Of a DNA stretch of 64,000 bases, positions 20,938-30,586 are shown piece by piece (position 1 is the stretch's first letter; every line of letters begins with the position of its first letter). This DNA is from Candidatus Micrarchaeota archaeon. Lineage in GTDB: Archaea; B1Sed10-29; B47-G15. The stretch covers positions 23,836-87,835 of the forward strand of contig QMVG01000004.1 of assembly GCA_003660975.1 (NCBI GenBank), read 5' to 3'. The translations under genes and the position numbers were made by a program. The notes under the pieces were generated by a model. That model was not told where the DNA came from. It made no database searches and saw nothing but the letters and a program-made list of their open reading frames with translations.

Positions 20938-21789
20938 ATGCGCAGAAAACACTCGCTCAGAAGAGCAGAACTCTTTGAGGAGCTGCAGGCAATCAAGAAG
21001 CTGAAAAAGATAGAAGATGCTGAGAGAAAAAAGGCAAAGTCAGAGTGGAGAAAAAAGTGGGACAGAAAATCAAGAGGCAAGAAGAAAAAGATATTTGTTC
21101 TCGTTTTCCCGCTGATGCACTCTGGGAAGCACAGCAGGGCTGAAAGAGATTGGATGAGAAAAGTCTATGAGAGCGATGTCAAAAAAGTGCTTAATGACAA
21201 GAATGCGCGTTTGCTGCTTTTAGTTGAACCAGAAAACTTGAAGCAGTTTTCTGGCAAAAGCAAGCGAATGCTTTTGGAATTAGAAAAAGAAGGGAGGTTA
21301 TTTTTCCTGCGTGAACCGCTGCCAAAAGATTTGATGGAGGGGGACAGGAAGCTGATAGTTAGGGGCGAAAGGGCAGATTTATGCGCACCAAACATTGCAG
21401 GGCACTTGACCAGGAGGCTTGGTCTTAAGCTGGAGGATGTCAGGATAGAATTGGAAGACAGCTTCCTATTTGACGAGTCAAGGAAAGACCACAAGGTAAC
21501 TATTGACTCAGATACTGCTCTCTCATCCTTTTTAGAGGGTTACAGGCCAGGTAAATATATCTTTGGGTATAATGAGGAAAAGGACAAAGCATTATATGCT
21601 GCTCATTATGACAAGAGGGCAAAGAGGAGGTTTTTGAGATTTAACTTTGTTTTAAGGGAAGAGCTTGACAAGGACGTTAAGGAATTAAGGCCACTGTGGC
21701 GCAAGATTTTTAAGTTGTCAAAAGAGAAGAAGCGCTTGAAAATGGAAGAGCATAAAGAAAAGCTCTGGGAAGCAAGCGAGAAGCAATAA
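20938..21789 (+). CDS. Hypothetical basic protein
   Basis: In-frame ATG just after tRNA-Ser; the longer track ORF runs through the tRNA. Confidence 0.6.
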   Translation: MRRKHSLRRAELFEELQAIKKLKKIEDAERKKAKSEWRKKWDRKSRGKKKKIFVLVFPLMHSGKHSRAERDWMRKVYESDVKKVLNDKNARLLLLVEPENLKQFSGKSKRMLLELEKEGRLFFLREPLPKDLMEGDRKLIVRGERADLCAPNIAGHLTRRLGLKLEDVRIELEDSFLFDESRKDHKVTIDSDTALSSFLEGYRPGKYIFGYNEEKDKALYAAHYDKRAKRRFLRFNFVLREELDKDVKELRPLWRKIFKLSKEKKRLKMEEHKEKLWEASEKQ

Positions 21790-21823
21790 TCATATTAAAG
21801 TAGAAGGCTTTTTAGAATGGGGT

Positions 21824-22396
21824 GTGTCTGTGGGCAGGGTTCTAGAGCTGGGAATCTTTGCAATAGTTGTGGTGGTGGTTGCGCTCTTCACTTCATTTGT
21901 ATTTATAACCATGCCTGAGAAAAATGTCAGCAGCTCTGGCAGGACTCTTTACATGTCTCCATATAAGTACAGCATAAATTACCCAAAGCGCTGGCAAGTG
22001 GTAAACAAATCCCTTGCTAATTTGACAGGAGGAGAAATAGAACTGCTTCTGGCCCCAAAAAACAGCTCCAATATCTTTCTCTGCCTGTTCAGGCCAAAAG
22101 CAGCAAACGGCGTTAAAGCAGTTGAATACCTGATGGGCTTCGAGAAGGAGAGATATAAGGCAGACCCCTTTTTTACTGCAATGATATACAAGAGCCTTTT
22201 CTCTGAAGACGAGGAAGCTGAGGAGATGTTCTACAAGACATATTCCACTGCTTTATCAACAGACATATATCACAAAAAGGTGGTGATAATAAAAAATGAT
22301 ACGCTTTATGAAATGGAATATTTTGCCCCTTCTGACAAGTATAGGTTATTTGAGACGGATGCCGATTCTATCTTCACCTCCTTTAAAAAGGAATAA
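21824..22396 (+). CDS. Membrane-anchored PsbP/DcrB-like protein
   Basis: N-terminal TM, 'YSINYPKRW' and C-terminal 'LYEMEYFAP...IFTSFK' pattern. Confidence 0.55.
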   Translation: MSVGRVLELGIFAIVVVVVALFTSFVFITMPEKNVSSSGRTLYMSPYKYSINYPKRWQVVNKSLANLTGGEIELLLAPKNSSNIFLCLFRPKAANGVKAVEYLMGFEKERYKADPFFTAMIYKSLFSEDEEAEEMFYKTYSTALSTDIYHKKVVIIKNDTLYEMEYFAPSDKYRLFETDADSIFTSFKKE

Positions 22397-22477
22397 GCTT
22401 TTCACTAAATAGTGTAAGATATCGCAAAAAAGCGACAATCATTAAATTTTTATAAGAGCTTGCACAGAAGTATTAAC

Positions 22478-22608
22478 GCGGAGGATGGCGGCGCGTCCAG
22501 CGTCAACCATCGTGCCTAGCGCACCACGGGTTCCCGGTAGTAGCTCGCCTTGTGCAGCGAAGCGGGATAAGAATTTCTCCGAGAAGGAGAAATCACCCGT
22601 GCTCGCCC
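22478..22608 (+). ncRNA. Unidentified GC-rich structured non-coding RNA candidate
   Basis: Intergenic between convergent genes, TTTTATAA box about 25 nt upstream, several stems, T-tract downstream. Confidence 0.5.
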
Positions 22609-22644
22609 TTTCTTTTTTGTTTTTGTTGCTCTGTCTTAGGCCTT

Positions 22645-24327
22645 TCACTTGTTTCTTGCTTGAAGGCAGGCTTTCACGAAAGCATCAAAAATAGGGCTTG
22701 GTTTTAAAGGCCTGCTCGTGAACTCTGGATGAAATTGAGTTGCTAAGAAAAAGGGATGGTCAGTCCTTTCCAAAATTTGCATAATCCTTTTTCCAGGAGC
22801 ATAACCTGAGAATATTAATCCTTTTTCCTGCAGCCTATCTACAAAGTCAGGATTGCATTCGTACCTATGCCTAAACCTTTCCCTCACCTTTTCCTTTTTG
22901 TATATCTCGTATGCTTTTGTCCCTTTTTCTATTATCACATCTTGACCGCCCAGCCTCATAGTTCCTCCTGCGTCTTTTATTCTCTTTTGCTCAGGCAATA
23001 AGTCAATGACAGGAAACTCTGTATAAGGATCTACTTCTGTTGTATGCGCTGATTTCATTCCTAATAAATGCCTTGCATGTTCTATGACTGCCATTTGAAA
23101 GCCATAACATAGGCCCAAAAATGGGATTTTCTTCTCTCTCGCGTGCTTCACTGCCTCTATCTTTCCCTCAACGCCTCTTGAGCCAAATCCACCAGGCACT
23201 ATCAAACCATCTACGCCTTCTAACTGTTTTTCAACCCCCTCAACCTGCGTTGTCTCAATCCACTTAAGCCTAACCTTGCAGTTATTCTTGGCAGATGCAT
23301 GGCTTAGCGCTTCTATTATGCTTGCGTATGAATCATGGAGCTGCGTGTATTTCCCTGCCATGCCAACTGTTACTTCTTTACCTGCATTTACTATTTTGCT
23401 GACAAAGTTACGCCACGCTTCTAGGTCTATTTTTTTCGTTTTTAATCCAAAGTGCTGCAACACTATTTCATCAACATTTTGGCTTTTTAGGTTCAAGACC
23501 AATTCATATATTGTCTTCACATTGTGCGCATCTATCACGTTTTTCAGAGGCACATTGGCTGCAATGCTTATTTTCTGCTTGACCTTTTCCTCTATTATGT
23601 CCTCTGCCCTGCACACTATTATATTTGGCCTCAATCCCATCCCCATAAGCGTCCTTATGCCCAGCTGCGCTGCTTTGCTTTTCTGCTCCCCCAGGGTTGA
23701 GGGTTTCATGATATAAACCAGTGCAACTACCATTATGTTTTCCATGCCTTCCTCGTACTGCATTTGCCTTATAGCTTCTATAAAGTAAGAGTTTTCAATG
23801 TCTCCTATTGTTCCACCAACCTCAACCATCACTATGTCAGCATCTGTTTTCATGCCCAAGTCCCTAAGCAGGTATTTTATTTCACCTGTCACGTGCGGTA
23901 TGAACTGGACATCTCTTCCAAGGTACTCCCCTTTTCTCTCTTTTTCCAATATCTTCTTGAACAGCTTTCCAGCTGTCAGGTAATTTATTGAAGACAGGTT
24001 TTCGTCCAGGAATCTCTCATAAGTTCCTAAGTCCATATCGCACTCTGTTCCGTCATCAAGGACAAAAACCTCCCCGTGCCTGAAAGGATTCAGCGTTCCT
24101 GCGTCTACATTCAAATAGCCGTCAAACTTTATGGGGCTCACCTTGAAGCCGTTCTCTTTCAGCAATCTCGCGAGAGCAGCCATAGCTACGCCCTTGCCAA
24201 GACCAGAGATAACAGTGCCAACAAAGACGATGTATTTTATCTTGCCTGGCTTGTAGCCTTTTGGGGCAGAGGTAAAAAACTCGCCACCAGACCTGTTTGC
24301 AAACATGTCAAAATAGTTTCTGCTCAC
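22645..24327 (-). CDS. pyrG: CTP synthase
   Basis: SGLGKG, DGYLNVDAGTLNPFRHGEVFV, GLCYG, QFHPEF; start moved to a GTG after GGTGGT (uncertain). Confidence 0.96.
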   Translation of the reverse strand: MSRNYFDMFANRSGGEFFTSAPKGYKPGKIKYIVFVGTVISGLGKGVAMAALARLLKENGFKVSPIKFDGYLNVDAGTLNPFRHGEVFVLDDGTECDMDLGTYERFLDENLSSINYLTAGKLFKKILEKERKGEYLGRDVQFIPHVTGEIKYLLRDLGMKTDADIVMVEVGGTIGDIENSYFIEAIRQMQYEEGMENIMVVALVYIMKPSTLGEQKSKAAQLGIRTLMGMGLRPNIIVCRAEDIIEEKVKQKISIAANVPLKNVIDAHNVKTIYELVLNLKSQNVDEIVLQHFGLKTKKIDLEAWRNFVSKIVNAGKEVTVGMAGKYTQLHDSYASIIEALSHASAKNNCKVRLKWIETTQVEGVEKQLEGVDGLIVPGGFGSRGVEGKIEAVKHAREKKIPFLGLCYGFQMAVIEHARHLLGMKSAHTTEVDPYTEFPVIDLLPEQKRIKDAGGTMRLGGQDVIIEKGTKAYEIYKKEKVRERFRHRYECNPDFVDRLQEKGLIFSGYAPGKRIMQILERTDHPFFLATQFHPEFTSRPLKPSPIFDAFVKACLQARNK

Positions 24328-24417
24328 CTTACCACCCTGCCTGACGCAGTAATAAAGAGCTTTCATTTTAATAAAGCTTACTACAAGCTTTAATATCTTG
24401 AAAATACTAATAATAGC

Positions 24418-25128
24418 ATGGCAAATCTGCTCGATTTTTTTGAAGACTATGAAAGGAAATACAGGGACAAAGGCATGAAGGACTTTCACAAGTTGAAGGC
24501 AGTTTATGACAAGAGCAGTGAAAAAAAAGATTACTCTGAGATGGAGTTTCAGCTTCACTGCATCATGAAGTTCTGCGAGGCCTTTAAGCCAAAGGCCATG
24601 CAGGTAAGCATAGAGGAGAGCTATATCCTACCAAAGGAGCTTGAGTTTAACCCAACACTTTCTTGGCCAAACATAGAGATGAAGGACTATCTGGGAAGAG
24701 AGTATAGTATATGGTACAAGCCAAGGATATACGCCCCTTCACAGGACGGCGTAAGGGAGCTGCTGCCTGATTTTATAGTTATGAGAGGCCATTACGACTC
24801 TCCTTACAAGCTGGACCCTGCTTTTCTTGACAAGATAAAGAAAGAGCCTTTTCTAAACAAGGTTTTGCTGAGGGAGTTCAGCCTTGGCCTTCTGGCAAGG
24901 CTGAGGCCTGTCCAGTTCCTAATAATTGCCAGGAGGAAGATTATGAAGTCATACATAAACGAGATAAAGCATATGCAGTTTTACCTGAAGCCGAGCAAGA
25001 CACTTGTTATATCGCAGTCCACACTGGACAATGAGATAAAGCTAAACCTTCCTGTTGGGGCTCAGTTCATAGAGAATGTTGATATAAATCTTTCAAAGGT
25101 TTCAGATGAAATAAAAAAGATGATTTAG
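24418..25128 (+). CDS. Hypothetical protein
   Basis: 236-aa ORF filling the gap; 'LLPDFIV' weakly suggests a PD-(D/E)xK fold. Confidence 0.6.
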   Translation: MANLLDFFEDYERKYRDKGMKDFHKLKAVYDKSSEKKDYSEMEFQLHCIMKFCEAFKPKAMQVSIEESYILPKELEFNPTLSWPNIEMKDYLGREYSIWYKPRIYAPSQDGVRELLPDFIVMRGHYDSPYKLDPAFLDKIKKEPFLNKVLLREFSLGLLARLRPVQFLIIARRKIMKSYINEIKHMQFYLKPSKTLVISQSTLDNEIKLNLPVGAQFIENVDINLSKVSDEIKKMI

Positions 25129-25835
25129 CCCTGAATGAATTCCTTCTCCAACCTGTTTCTTATCTCGTCAAGGGAGAGTATTGTGGAGACAATAGGGATT
25201 TTTTCTATTTCACTTATCTTTAACGCGAGCTTGTCAATGTCAAGAAGGTTGTGCATTACCACTAAGTTTGGCTTTAGCTTGGTTACTCTTATTGCCACCA
25301 TTGGGCTTCTGCCCATTGAAACATGCGTGAATATCAGAGCTCTCTGGGTGGTAGCTCCGTATATCTTTATGAAATCGTCAGCAGGTATCTCTAACATTGC
25401 GCGCACTGAATCTATTATCGTATAACCGTAAAGCTTTCCTGCCTCAATAAGCTCTTTATTCGTGATCACCTTTGCCTCTATCTTCTTGCAGAACTCCTTG
25501 CTGCTTATGGGCTTTCCAAATTCGATGACTTCAAATATCTTATCCATGTCCTTATTTACCTGCAGTTTTTTCAGCACCCATCCTCCTTTTCTCTGGTCTA
25601 TCTCGCATATTGCCCTCGTAAATCTCTTTACGATATTTACCCCTGGGCTTTTTCTTCTGTTTGCCTCGTAATCGCTTATGGTAGAAGGCGTGACCTTTAG
25701 GTATCTGGCCAGTTCTGTTTGGGTTATTCCAAAAATCTCTCTCCATTTCTTTAAGCTTGCCCCTGGGTTATCGCTTAATGCTATTTCCCCTGCTATTTTT
25801 TCCATTAGTTCCTTCATCATAAGGTATTTGTGCAA
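25125..25835 (-). CDS. Conserved archaeal XRE-type HTH regulator (COG1709-like)
   Basis: KIAGEIALSDNPG..LKKWREIF.ITQTELA...ISDYE; STxRALIFTxVSxGRSPMVAIRV-type motif. Confidence 0.88.
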   Translation of the reverse strand: MHKYLMMKELMEKIAGEIALSDNPGASLKKWREIFGITQTELARYLKVTPSTISDYEANRRKSPGVNIVKRFTRAICEIDQRKGGWVLKKLQVNKDMDKIFEVIEFGKPISSKEFCKKIEAKVITNKELIEAGKLYGYTIIDSVRAMLEIPADDFIKIYGATTQRALIFTHVSMGRSPMVAIRVTKLKPNLVVMHNLLDIDKLALKISEIEKIPIVSTILSLDEIRNRLEKEFIQG

Positions 25836-25870
25836 TTAACTTTAAAAACTTAACGATTGTCGTAATAATT

Positions 25871-27004
25871 TTAGTCAGACCACGTTGAGCCCTCTAGGTA
25901 CGCTCTAGTGCTGTCGTTTGTTGATGGGTAATGCCTTTGCAGCGTGAAGAGCACCGAGCCTTTTTTCTCCACGATTTCCTTCACAGTTACTCTTGCTCCC
26001 AGGTGGTTTAGGTGCTCTACAAAAGCCTCTCCAAAAGCCCTGTCAGGCACCACTATCTCAAATTCCTCAACAGCTTCCTTTCCATTGTCAATATCCCTTA
26101 TTGTCTCTATAATTGGCTTCAATATGCTTCTTCCAAGCTCTGAGGATGCTTTTTCAATGTCTAATTCTCTTTCATAGCACTGAAAAGCTTCTCTTATAAG
26201 CCTTCTGAAAAAGAAGGCCTGCCCGTAGTCCGACCAGAATTTAAATGCATATCTTAAATCATTGTTGGTGCTTTTATTGCCAGTGTATTTCAGCACAGTT
26301 TTCATGTCCAGGGACTTTATAACAATGCCTTCCCTGCTTTCCTGCTCCAGCTTTTCAATAATTTTCATCACCTTTTCGCTATCATCTGCTGAAAATTCCC
26401 CCAATTCCCTAACAGAAGGCAGGTGATATTCGCTTAGGAGCTTTCTCTTTTCCTCTATAGTCAATGGCAAAGCGTCTCTTTTTCTCCTTATGTCAAAAAC
26501 ATAATAACCAAAATCTTTTGATTCAGGATATCCTTTCTCCTGGTAGGGGTTCCTGAGACCTATAACCTCACCGCACAACATCAGTTCTTCATGCTCATCA
26601 AAAAAGCTGTTGCTTCCAATAATCTTTTCTATTCTATATGTGGTGTATGGGCATACTATGCCTCCTCTTGTTACTGCCACTAAATTGCCCCAGACCTTGG
26701 CAACCCTGACGTTATAGCCGTCTAGCTTCTCCTCAACTACAAAGCGTGAGCTTAGATTTTTCTTAATGCCTTGCTTCAGCATGAGTATTCTTTTTATCTT
26801 CGGGTAGCCAGCCATTAATTCCGTTTGATCTCCTTTCAGGAAAACAACGGTTCCCTTCTCAAAGCCCAGCTCTTTGTGCCTAAACCTGTAATAGGGATAA
26901 AGAAAACTGCCAACCTTGTGAATGCTGTCTTTATCAACAGCTTTTTTGAATGCTTCCTTTTTGACGCCCAGGGCCCTTGCAACTAGCGATAGCTCTTCTT
27001 CCAT
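25871..27004 (-). CDS. Archaeal RNA ligase, Rnl3/Pab1020 family
   Basis: GYPKIKR, motif I EEKLDGYNVR, TRGGIVCPYTT, REGIVIK, LKY. Confidence 0.9.
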   Translation of the reverse strand: MEEELSLVARALGVKKEAFKKAVDKDSIHKVGSFLYPYYRFRHKELGFEKGTVVFLKGDQTELMAGYPKIKRILMLKQGIKKNLSSRFVVEEKLDGYNVRVAKVWGNLVAVTRGGIVCPYTTYRIEKIIGSNSFFDEHEELMLCGEVIGLRNPYQEKGYPESKDFGYYVFDIRRKRDALPLTIEEKRKLLSEYHLPSVRELGEFSADDSEKVMKIIEKLEQESREGIVIKSLDMKTVLKYTGNKSTNNDLRYAFKFWSDYGQAFFFRRLIREAFQCYERELDIEKASSELGRSILKPIIETIRDIDNGKEAVEEFEIVVPDRAFGEAFVEHLNHLGARVTVKEIVEKKGSVLFTLQRHYPSTNDSTRAYLEGSTWSD

Positions 27005-27153
27005 CTTTTACCTCCCCTAGATGCACATAAACTGCACAGCCCTGTTTTGCTGTCGTAATGCTCAGCGCAAACCCTTGCTCCACAGCGCCAGCAAGTATAT
27101 AAAGTTAGAGATGGCTTATTACATATACTGCAAATGCCCACAAGGCCATCCAT
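26983..27153 (-). CDS. Small zinc-finger protein
   Basis: CSIC...CWRC...CAEH...CSLC; overlaps the RNA ligase start. Confidence 0.7.
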   Translation of the reverse strand: MDGLVGICSICNKPSLTLYTCWRCGARVCAEHYDSKTGLCSLCASRGGKRWKKSYR

Positions 27154-27169
27154 GGTGTTATTAGTGTCC

Positions 27170-28219
27170 ATGTCCTATAAAATATTGAGCATAAAGGGAA
27201 TAGATATAGAGCTGCACCTGTTTTTCATAATATTCATTTTGAGCCTTCTTATCTTAGACCCACTTACATCCTTTTTTCTGATAATTATTTTCGTTTTTGT
27301 TGCTTTGCATGAGTTAAGCCACTCTTTAGTTGCCATGAGAAATGGGATAAAGGTTAAGAAAATAGTTCTCCTGCCCATAGGCGGAGTTGCCATGATAGAC
27401 AATGTGGAGATGAAGCCCCTTTCTGAAATAAAGATGGCATTGGCAGGGCCGCTCTTTAATTTTCTGGTTGTTTATCTGCTCTTATTCCTTGCCTATATCT
27501 TCCAGCTGCCTCTTGTTGAGTGGATAAAAGCTTTTTCATCAGGAAACATTTCCCTGCTCCAGATGTTATATGTCTATGTTTTGTATGCTAACCTAATACT
27601 TGGCGCTTTTAACCTCTTTGTGCCTGCATTTCCCCTTGATGGCGGGAGGATACTAAGGGCAGTTTTGGCATTGAAAATGGATTACTTGAAGGCCACTGAT
27701 TACGCGAGAAAGATAAGCCTTATAATAGCTGCTATAATGTTTGTTCTGGCCTTCCACTTTGGAGACCTTTGGATAATGATAATAACCTTTTTCATAGCTC
27801 TTGGTGCAGTCGGAGAGTATGAGGCAACGCTTATTCAGCACTCCTTGAAAAGCAGGAAAGTTTCAGAGCTGCTGACTAGTGATTTTATCTTGTTGAAAGC
27901 GTCAGACCCTGTAGCCACTGCTCTTTATTACATGATAATGAGAGACAAGAAGAGCTGCCTTGTCAGGTATTACAACAGGTTTTTTGTGCTTGAGATAAAG
28001 GATGTGCTTAGGGTTCCAAGAAGCAGGTGGCTCTCAACAGCTGTTGTGAACGTGGCAAAGCCTGCATTTATTTTGTACGAAAAAAGCAGTTTTGAGGAGT
28101 CATTGAGGCATTTCAAGAAAACAGGGCTCTCTATGTTGCCTGTTCTTAGGGATGATGGAAGCTTGTCTGCACTTTATTTTAGTGACTTACAGTCGTCTCT
28201 GGAGAAGGTGAAGGGATGA
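27170..28219 (+). CDS. Site-2 protease (M50) with CBS-like C-terminus
   Basis: HELSH, ALAGP, FNLFVPAFPLDGGR. Confidence 0.9.
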   Translation: MSYKILSIKGIDIELHLFFIIFILSLLILDPLTSFFLIIIFVFVALHELSHSLVAMRNGIKVKKIVLLPIGGVAMIDNVEMKPLSEIKMALAGPLFNFLVVYLLLFLAYIFQLPLVEWIKAFSSGNISLLQMLYVYVLYANLILGAFNLFVPAFPLDGGRILRAVLALKMDYLKATDYARKISLIIAAIMFVLAFHFGDLWIMIITFFIALGAVGEYEATLIQHSLKSRKVSELLTSDFILLKASDPVATALYYMIMRDKKSCLVRYYNRFFVLEIKDVLRVPRSRWLSTAVVNVAKPAFILYEKSSFEESLRHFKKTGLSMLPVLRDDGSLSALYFSDLQSSLEKVKG

Positions 28220-28617
28220 GCTCAAAATTCAGCTTTGAATATGCACCAGATGTTCAGGTCTTGGTTGAAAGGCTGATAAGGGTTTTGGAGCTTGACTACA
28301 TAAAAAAGGAAAATGTTATTTGCATGAGGTCTTATGGAAGCACAGCAAATGCCTATGCGAGGATATGGGAGCTGCCCTCTATATGGCAAAAGGCCCTCAA
28401 CATAGAGCCTCATTACGTCATAGAGGTCTTGTCTCAGCACTACGACAAGCTGCCACAGGAGGAAAAAGAAAAAACTTTAATACACGAACTGCTTCATATT
28501 CCGAAAAGCTTCAGCGGTGCTACTGTCCCCCACAAGAACTTTGACAGGCGGATAGACGCGAGGACTGTTAACAGGCTTTACAAGAGATACAAGGAGAGGT
28601 TGATGGATTATGGATGA
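28216..28617 (+). CDS. Putative metallopeptidase (HExxH)
   Basis: AYARIW...YVIEV...LIHELLHIP. Confidence 0.75.
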   Translation: MSSKFSFEYAPDVQVLVERLIRVLELDYIKKENVICMRSYGSTANAYARIWELPSIWQKALNIEPHYVIEVLSQHYDKLPQEEKEKTLIHELLHIPKSFSGATVPHKNFDRRIDARTVNRLYKRYKERLMDYG

Positions 28618-29119
28618 TTTCTGGGATGAGGATGAGGAGTTCCTGCAGCGCAGCGATGGAAAATATAGAAAACTGGTTAGCTGTATTGTTTACTGGGGCA
28701 ATGCAGAGCAGTTTCTCTTGCTTCACAGGAAACTCAGGTGGCATGGTTATGAGTTTCCAAAAGGGGGGATAAAGAAAGGAGAGAGTTTGGAGGAAGCAGC
28801 CAGAAGAGAGCTGAGAGAGGAAGCAGGCATAGAAGACATAATTTCAATAAAAGACACGGGGATTGAGATTAAATACAAGTGGCCTCCTGAAATCGTGAAG
28901 CACCCAGGCAATAAGAACAAATACGATGGTGCAATACAACACTTTATGCTGGTAAAAGTTCCGTACAAAAAAGCAGAGGTAAAGAGCGATGAGCACGATG
29001 GCCTTCTCTGGGCAAGAGCAAATGTTGTGGATGAGTACCTTGCTTTTGAAAACCTGAGACAGGCCTTTAGAAAAGCATTAAAAATGATAGCAGAGGTAAA
29101 AGATAATAGGCCCCAGTAG
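28610..29119 (+). CDS. NUDIX hydrolase
   Basis: Nudix box GGIKKGESLEEAARRELREEAG; stop codon lies inside tRNA-Thr. Confidence 0.9.
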   Translation: MDDFWDEDEEFLQRSDGKYRKLVSCIVYWGNAEQFLLLHRKLRWHGYEFPKGGIKKGESLEEAARRELREEAGIEDIISIKDTGIEIKYKWPPEIVKHPGNKNKYDGAIQHFMLVKVPYKKAEVKSDEHDGLLWARANVVDEYLAFENLRQAFRKALKMIAEVKDNRPQ

Positions 29120-29224
29120 CTCAATGGCAGAGCGCTCGCCTCGTAGGCCTTTCAATGATGACTGCTAAAAAGCGCTGAGAGCCGAGAAAGCGAGAGGTTG
29201 AGGGTTCAAATCCCTCCTGGGGCT
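29110..29224 (+). tRNA. tRNA-Thr(CGU) with 43-nt intron at 37/38 (29146-29188)
   Basis: GCCCCAG/CTGGGGC-T acceptor; anticodon CGT 29142-29144; canonical bulge-helix-bulge (CTCG/CGAG helix, TAG and AAA bulges). Confidence 0.92.
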
Positions 29225-29251
29225 TTTATGGCCGTGAGCCAGAGGTTCTGC

Positions 29252-29387
29252 TTCGCTTAATCTTCCACATCTATCCCAGAAAAAGGCTTTTTCCTTTTTG
29301 CTTAGCTTTTTCCACAGCTTTCCCAGAAAAAGGCATATTTTTATTTTCGCTTAAGCCTTTTCCACATCTATCCCAGAAAAAGGCTTA
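29252..29387. repeat. Three tandem copies of the tRNA-linked palindromic element
   Basis: Units like ttcgcttaagccttttccacatctatcccagaaaaaggctta; resemble the reverse complement of 32719-32764. Confidence 0.8.
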
Positions 29388-30554
29388 CTTTCCAATTCTT
29401 CTGATTGTGCTTCCGTAGTGTTTTATCACGTATATCAAAAGCGCAGGGCTAATCAGAGTTGCAAGCACGGATGATGAGACAATCGCAGTAAAGAGTATTG
29501 AGTCTATGATTTTGTTGACGAAGAGGAATTGGGCAACAGCAAGCTCGGTAGAGAACCTTATGGACAGGGCTATGCCTGCAAAGAGGCCTCCAATGTCCTT
29601 GAACCTCTTTTTCATAAACGCCCAGCTGACAGCCACCTTTGTGGCCATAGGTATGACATAGAATGCTATCGTAAGCATTGGGAATATCAGTATTGAATGA
29701 ATGTCTAAGCTCATCCCAACCCATGCAAAGAACAAAGGGCCAAAGAGAGAGTAGCCAACGCTTCTTATGCCATAGTCTGCCATTTTTAATTCATTTGATG
29801 GAACTAGGTTTCTTAAAGCGATTCCTGCCAAGATTGCCCCAATGCCCTCTGCTTTTGCAAAGTCACCCAAGGCCAGGAAAACGAAGAATATAGCAAAGCC
29901 AGCCAGCATCAGCTGTTCAATCTCAGGGAACCTGAACAGCCTTCTCTTGACCTTTTTTGTTTTTACAAAAATAAGCGTTGTAATAACCATAAGCCCTATT
30001 ATTACAAAAGACGCTAGAATGTTAAAGAGCGAAGAAAAGCCAACCTTTGTTACTATCAAACCAGCAATAAGCAGCGCGGCCACCTCAAAAACATCATCCA
30101 AGACTCCAATACCTATGACAGCAGCCCCTATCTTTGTGTTCAGCAGCTTGAACTCATCAAGGATTGGCACTAAGACCGCCTCCCCTACACAGTGTGCGGT
30201 TAGGCCTATCACAAGAGCAACAGAGAAGGGATAGCCAAAAGCCATTAATACTAATGTCCACACAGCTGTTGACAAAACCTGGATGCCTAAGGTTGTTTTC
30301 ACCACAACATCTGATATCTCTCTTAGCTTCTCCGTGCTCAGGTTAAAGCCAACCAGAAAAAGCATAAAGTACATGCCAAGACTGCCTAACAGCTCATAGT
30401 CAGAAAAACCAGAAAAAGATTCATTAAGCCCTAGGAGATTAAACGCTATCCCAACGAGCAGAGCAGCGAACAGCCATGGAATCCTGAGCTTTTCAAATAA
30501 GTGCCCTAAAATCAGCGTCACTAAGAATATAATTGCTATAATGTACAGTAGCAT
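29385..30554 (-). CDS. Cation:proton antiporter (CPA2/Kef-like)
   Basis: About 12 TM helices; 'GIGVLDDV' motif; PLFFAWVG. Confidence 0.85.
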   Translation of the reverse strand: MLLYIIAIIFLVTLILGHLFEKLRIPWLFAALLVGIAFNLLGLNESFSGFSDYELLGSLGMYFMLFLVGFNLSTEKLREISDVVVKTTLGIQVLSTAVWTLVLMAFGYPFSVALVIGLTAHCVGEAVLVPILDEFKLLNTKIGAAVIGIGVLDDVFEVAALLIAGLIVTKVGFSSLFNILASFVIIGLMVITTLIFVKTKKVKRRLFRFPEIEQLMLAGFAIFFVFLALGDFAKAEGIGAILAGIALRNLVPSNELKMADYGIRSVGYSLFGPLFFAWVGMSLDIHSILIFPMLTIAFYVIPMATKVAVSWAFMKKRFKDIGGLFAGIALSIRFSTELAVAQFLFVNKIIDSILFTAIVSSSVLATLISPALLIYVIKHYGSTIRRIGK

Positions 30555-30586
30555 ATTGCCTATTAAGGAATTGTTATATTAAATGT

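Noticed and set aside
22478-22608. Confident 5S rRNA, RNase P, SRP or HDV-like ribozyme call
   Set aside because: Diagnostic conserved motifs could not be found on either strand
24328-24558. Long N-terminal extension of PyrG
   Set aside because: Overlaps the divergent gene and promoter region; a downstream SD-preceded start fits better
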